NCBI GenBank assembly: GCA_963726745.1
Contig: CAVSDR010000006.1
Coordinates: 448,001 to 512,000, forward strand
Origin: an uncultured Verrucomicrobiae bacterium
GTDB taxonomy: Bacteria > Verrucomicrobiota > Verrucomicrobiia > Chthoniobacterales > UBA10450
DNA length: 64,000 nt
Direction of reading: 5' to 3'
Shown here: in pieces, positions 62,401 to 64,000 of the stretch
Layout: every line of letters begins with the position of its first letter
Numbering within the stretch: the stretch's first letter is position 1
The notes under the pieces: model-generated
Told to the model about the DNA's origin: nothing
The model's database searches: none
Seen by the model: the letters and a program-made list of their open reading frames with translations, nothing else
Translations under genes and position numbers: made by a program

Positions 62401-62844
62401 GAGACCTCAGGCGTGGCCTCGGTGGAACTCTATGATCTCAACCCCGCGAGCGACTCGCGCATTGCCAACATCTCCACCCGCGGCCGCGTGGAGACCGGAG
62501 ACAATGTCATGATCGGCGGCTTCATCCTCAGCGGCCCGGACTCGACCAAGGTGATCGTGCGCGCGCTTGGTCCCTCGTTAGGCGACCGGGGCGTCGCTGG
62601 CGCACTCGCCGACACCACGCTCGAGCTTTACAACGGCAACGGCGCGCAGCTCGCCGCGAACGATGACTGGCAGACGGACCAGGCGCAGGAAATCATCGAC
62701 TCGACCGTGCCGCCGGAGGATCCGCGGGAATCCGCCATCGTCCGCACGCTCACGCCGGGGGCTTACACCGCGATCGTGCGCGGGAAAGCGGCCAGCAGCG
62801 GCGTGGCCCTGGTGGAAGTCTACAATCTCGAGCCGGCTCCTTAA
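59500..62844 (+). CDS. Secreted matrixin-like zinc metalloprotease with 4 Ig-like repeats, beta-propeller and duplicated C-terminal domain
   Basis: Signal peptide; HEFGHVLGLDH plus Met-turn AMMN; 4x F.YQ(I/V).A...PT.F....LP.G...DPA.G.I.G; YVTN-like repeats; 2x N(V/I)STR..GGFI. Confidence 0.85.
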   Translation: MARFSRSRWLLLAGALLVLLSAAAQAYVLLPYRWADGTQIQMHLALTRSSGPLQDGSVSWNASAADALALWNQNLGQVRLVDAGPASAAANDGANTVAFASTVYGQSWGGNTLAVTLNYSPSGAFFTETDVLFNSARNWDSYRGDLQGSGPGGTYDLHRVALHEFGHVLGLDHPDEHGQPGRVAMMNSIISNLDHLADDDLAGARALYAAVITSTLSSQTVRSGDAFAYQIRANNSPTSFRAEGLPPGMQVDPASGLISGRCPTSGLFTVDLTAENASGGTATGRFLLQVLPYPLTSASRPAPTLLGSAFAYQITAPNNPTSFSSSALPEGLALDPATGRISGTATMAGTFTVQVIARSATSEASGSIVIEISPPRITSPATIPAIEINQTFSYQVMATHSPTAFSATGLPPGFQIDPATGWITGTATNPGNYSVTLRAETAYGPATLQLSLVILVGRINSELNPAGQPIGSAFTYQITATNRPTAFRAQPLPSGLQLDPATGKISGVLTLSGTFSVTLTAQGSAGDVNALLRITVFPAASVIPSTVPEFELPQVFTLMADPVRPRLYLACASGIAVVDSFTYGQIKLLPMSERPPALDLSPDGTRLYATAGSQGVIKVVDLQTLEFLPDVPVPGRNLWQLRAGADGMLYVIDYGDTSAVLQIDPANGAIVGALRPNPPGAPTPIDTLVLSPDRRNLFVAELYRSTGTLARYALNPGVAPELGQKIASNINIQKLSVTADGRALALVFDGGSSLRSVDNLTSEIGRFPAPLSPLEIAFSADGRYAVQSYRSDPRVDLFDARSGALVRSVALPEALYPPPTEILPDLAFDGASSRFFVVAPGIGSGSRIFVYQLSAGPAPPRQLLNVSTRLRTQTGENVLIGGFIVTGRAPKRVVLRAIGPSFALAGKLADPTLELHGPDGLLATNDNWNEHRQEILLTTVPPTNEREAAIVATLDPGAYTAIVRGLGETSGVASVELYDLNPASDSRIANISTRGRVETGDNVMIGGFILSGPDSTKVIVRALGPSLGDRGVAGALADTTLELYNGNGAQLAANDDWQTDQAQEIIDSTVPPEDPRESAIVRTLTPGAYTAIVRGKAASSGVALVEVYNLEPAP

Positions 62845-63146
62845 CTCCCGCCGCTGGCTACCGGCGGCGCGACTTCGTTCGCCTCGAAGACCACGCGGGT
62901 AGAGGAGGCGAAGTGGAAGCAGGTGCGCCCGTTGCGGATTTCCTTGACCGTGAAAGTGACCGTGCGGGAGGCGCCGATCGCGTGGCGCAGGCACAGGCCG
63001 ACTTTGCCGAAGCGGGTATTGATGTCCTTGAGCCACTCGCGGAAGCGCTCCGGGTTAAAGGTGGCCATGTCGCGCGTGAGCACGGTGTGGAGGAGCTGGC
63101 GCACCGCTTCGCGCTGCTCCTTCGGTCGGGAATGCATTCCTTGCAT
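62841..63146 (-). CDS. Hypothetical protein
   Basis: About 101 aa ORF with typical codon usage, downstream of upp. Confidence 0.5.
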   Translation of the reverse strand: MQGMHSRPKEQREAVRQLLHTVLTRDMATFNPERFREWLKDINTRFGKVGLCLRHAIGASRTVTFTVKEIRNGRTCFHFASSTRVVFEANEVAPPVASGGS

Positions 63147-63188
63147 GCCGCCCTTTCCAAGCAGGCGCAATGCCGCGGCCGACCGCGC

Positions 63189-63807
63189 CTAACAAGTCCC
63201 GAAGTAGCGGTCGCCCGCGTCCCCCAGACCCGGGAGAATGTAGCCGCGCTCGTTCAGCCCGGTGTCGATCGCCGCGGTGATGATCGGAATCGACGGATGC
63301 GTCGCCTGCATCTGTGCGATCCCCTCCGGGCAGGCCACGAGCACGACCAGCTGGATGCGTTCCGCCCCGGCGGACTTCAGCAATTCCACCGCGGCACACG
63401 CGCTATGGCCGGTGGCCAGCATCGGGTCGAGCAGGAGCACTTCCGCCTGCGCGATTTGTTTAGGCAGCCGGCTGTAATAAGTCACCGGGCGAAGGGTTTT
63501 TTCGTCACGATACAAACCGAGATGCCCCACCTGCGCCTCGGGCAAAAGTTGCAGCATCCCATCCATCATCCCAAGGCCGGCGCGCAGGATCGGCACCAGC
63601 GCGACCGGCCGCGCGAGCGCGGCGCCGGCGCAAGTTTGCAGGGGCGTGGTCACTTCGATCTCGCGCGTGTCCCAGGAGCGCGCAGCTTCGGTCAAGAGGA
63701 GCATCGAGACTTCCTGGAGCGCGCGCCGGAAAACGCCGGTGCTGGTGGTGTGCGCACGCAGCAGGGCCAGCTTGGCCGCGACCAGCGGATGCGCGACGAC
63801 GTGTCAC
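63189..63807 (-). CDS. upp: Uracil phosphoribosyltransferase (apparent frameshift at the start ~63804)
   Basis: HPLV..KL, VPILRAGLGM, GLYRDE, LDPMLATG, GYILPGLGDAGDR.FGT. Confidence 0.93.
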
Positions 63808-63892
63808 GCCGGGCGGAGGGGAGAAGGTGTCGGCTGTTTTAATGGCGCGGATACGAAACCGTGCCGCGCCGACAAAGCAAGGCACCCGCGAG

Positions 63893-64000
63893 CTAAGGCC
63901 GCGGCGGCTCGCGGCTAATCGTGGTCCACTTGCCGTTTTTGTGCACCGCCACCCAGGCGGCGCCCAGTTGCCGGTAATCCGCGTAGCGCGAGTCGTCGAG
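63893..64000 (-). CDS. 3' end of an unidentified CDS (partial)
   Basis: LDDSRYADYRQLGAAWVAVHKNGKWTTISREPPRP*, open to the window edge. Confidence 0.5.
   Translation of the reverse strand, partial: LDDSRYADYRQLGAAWVAVHKNGKWTTISREPPRP

Larger units (their letters stand above)
300..62583. repeat. Dispersed over-represented 9-mer GCCTAACGA/TCGTTAGGC (31 exact copies by hand count)
   Basis: TCGTTAGGC at 300, 2140, 7254, 8030, 11322, 15659, 16076, 29946, 34392, 36308, 38411, 43131, 47830, 49742, 51580, 56577, 62575. GCCTAACGA at 3293, 6249, 14482, 28003, 35046, 35516, 37053, 46264, 51795, 52589, 53970, 54377, 58122, 58722. Confidence 0.9.

Noticed and set aside
300..62583. GCCTAACGA as a Chi/KOPS site, telomere-like TTAGGC repeat or basecalling artefact
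   Set aside because: There is no strand skew (17 vs 14) and it never forms tandem arrays. A systematic miscall would create premature stops, yet in-gene copies are sense-compatible and the stops it provides look like natural ends.
1220..63807. About 13 frameshifted genes (moaD-like, kynU, kmo, murJ, deoB, xdh, lyase, allB, pgl, msrA, EVE, deacetylase, upp) as pseudogenes or programmed frameshifts
   Set aside because: Each has a single indel with both halves intact and no internal stops. The set includes normally essential murJ and shares no slippery motif. This is typical of unpolished long-read error.
1..64000. Frequent CTCGAG, CGATCG and GCGCGC palindromes as an HIP1-like signal
   Set aside because: Preferred codon pairs (CTC-GAG, GCG-ATC-G, GCG-CGC) plausibly explain them, and the full GCGATCGC seemed only occasional. 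Not formally tested.

Overview
A GC-rich (my estimate ~66%), gene-dense stretch of bacterial chromosome. The large secreted protein with duplicated 'NISTR...GGFI' C-terminal domains suggests Verrucomicrobiota, probably Chthoniobacterales (inference). I count about 67 CDSs. They cover a dispersed kynurenine/3-hydroxyanthranilate pathway (two kynU, kmo, nbaC, ACMSD, RidA-type deaminase), a purine catabolism cluster (fused xdh, ade, uricase, uraD, uraH, allB, alc, xdhC), deoB/thymidine phosphorylase, ribBA-ribH-nusB, murJ, lpxB, fcl, gdhA, fahA, pgl, msrA, fabG, tmk-holB, upp, a hybrid kinase and a modular metalloprotease. About 13 genes carry single apparent frameshifts, most likely long-read indel errors. 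I saw no rRNA, tRNA, CRISPR array or transposase. The most striking signal is not a gene but a dispersed, non-palindromic DNA motif family built on the core GNCTA. By hand I counted 31 exact GCCTAACGA/TCGTTAGGC copies and about 37 GYYGNCTAWWW copies. They lie on both strands, inside genes in several frames, force rare codons and supply many stop codons. This behaviour resembles a DNA uptake sequence or a genome-wide protein-binding signal. I do not know of such a motif being described for this lineage.
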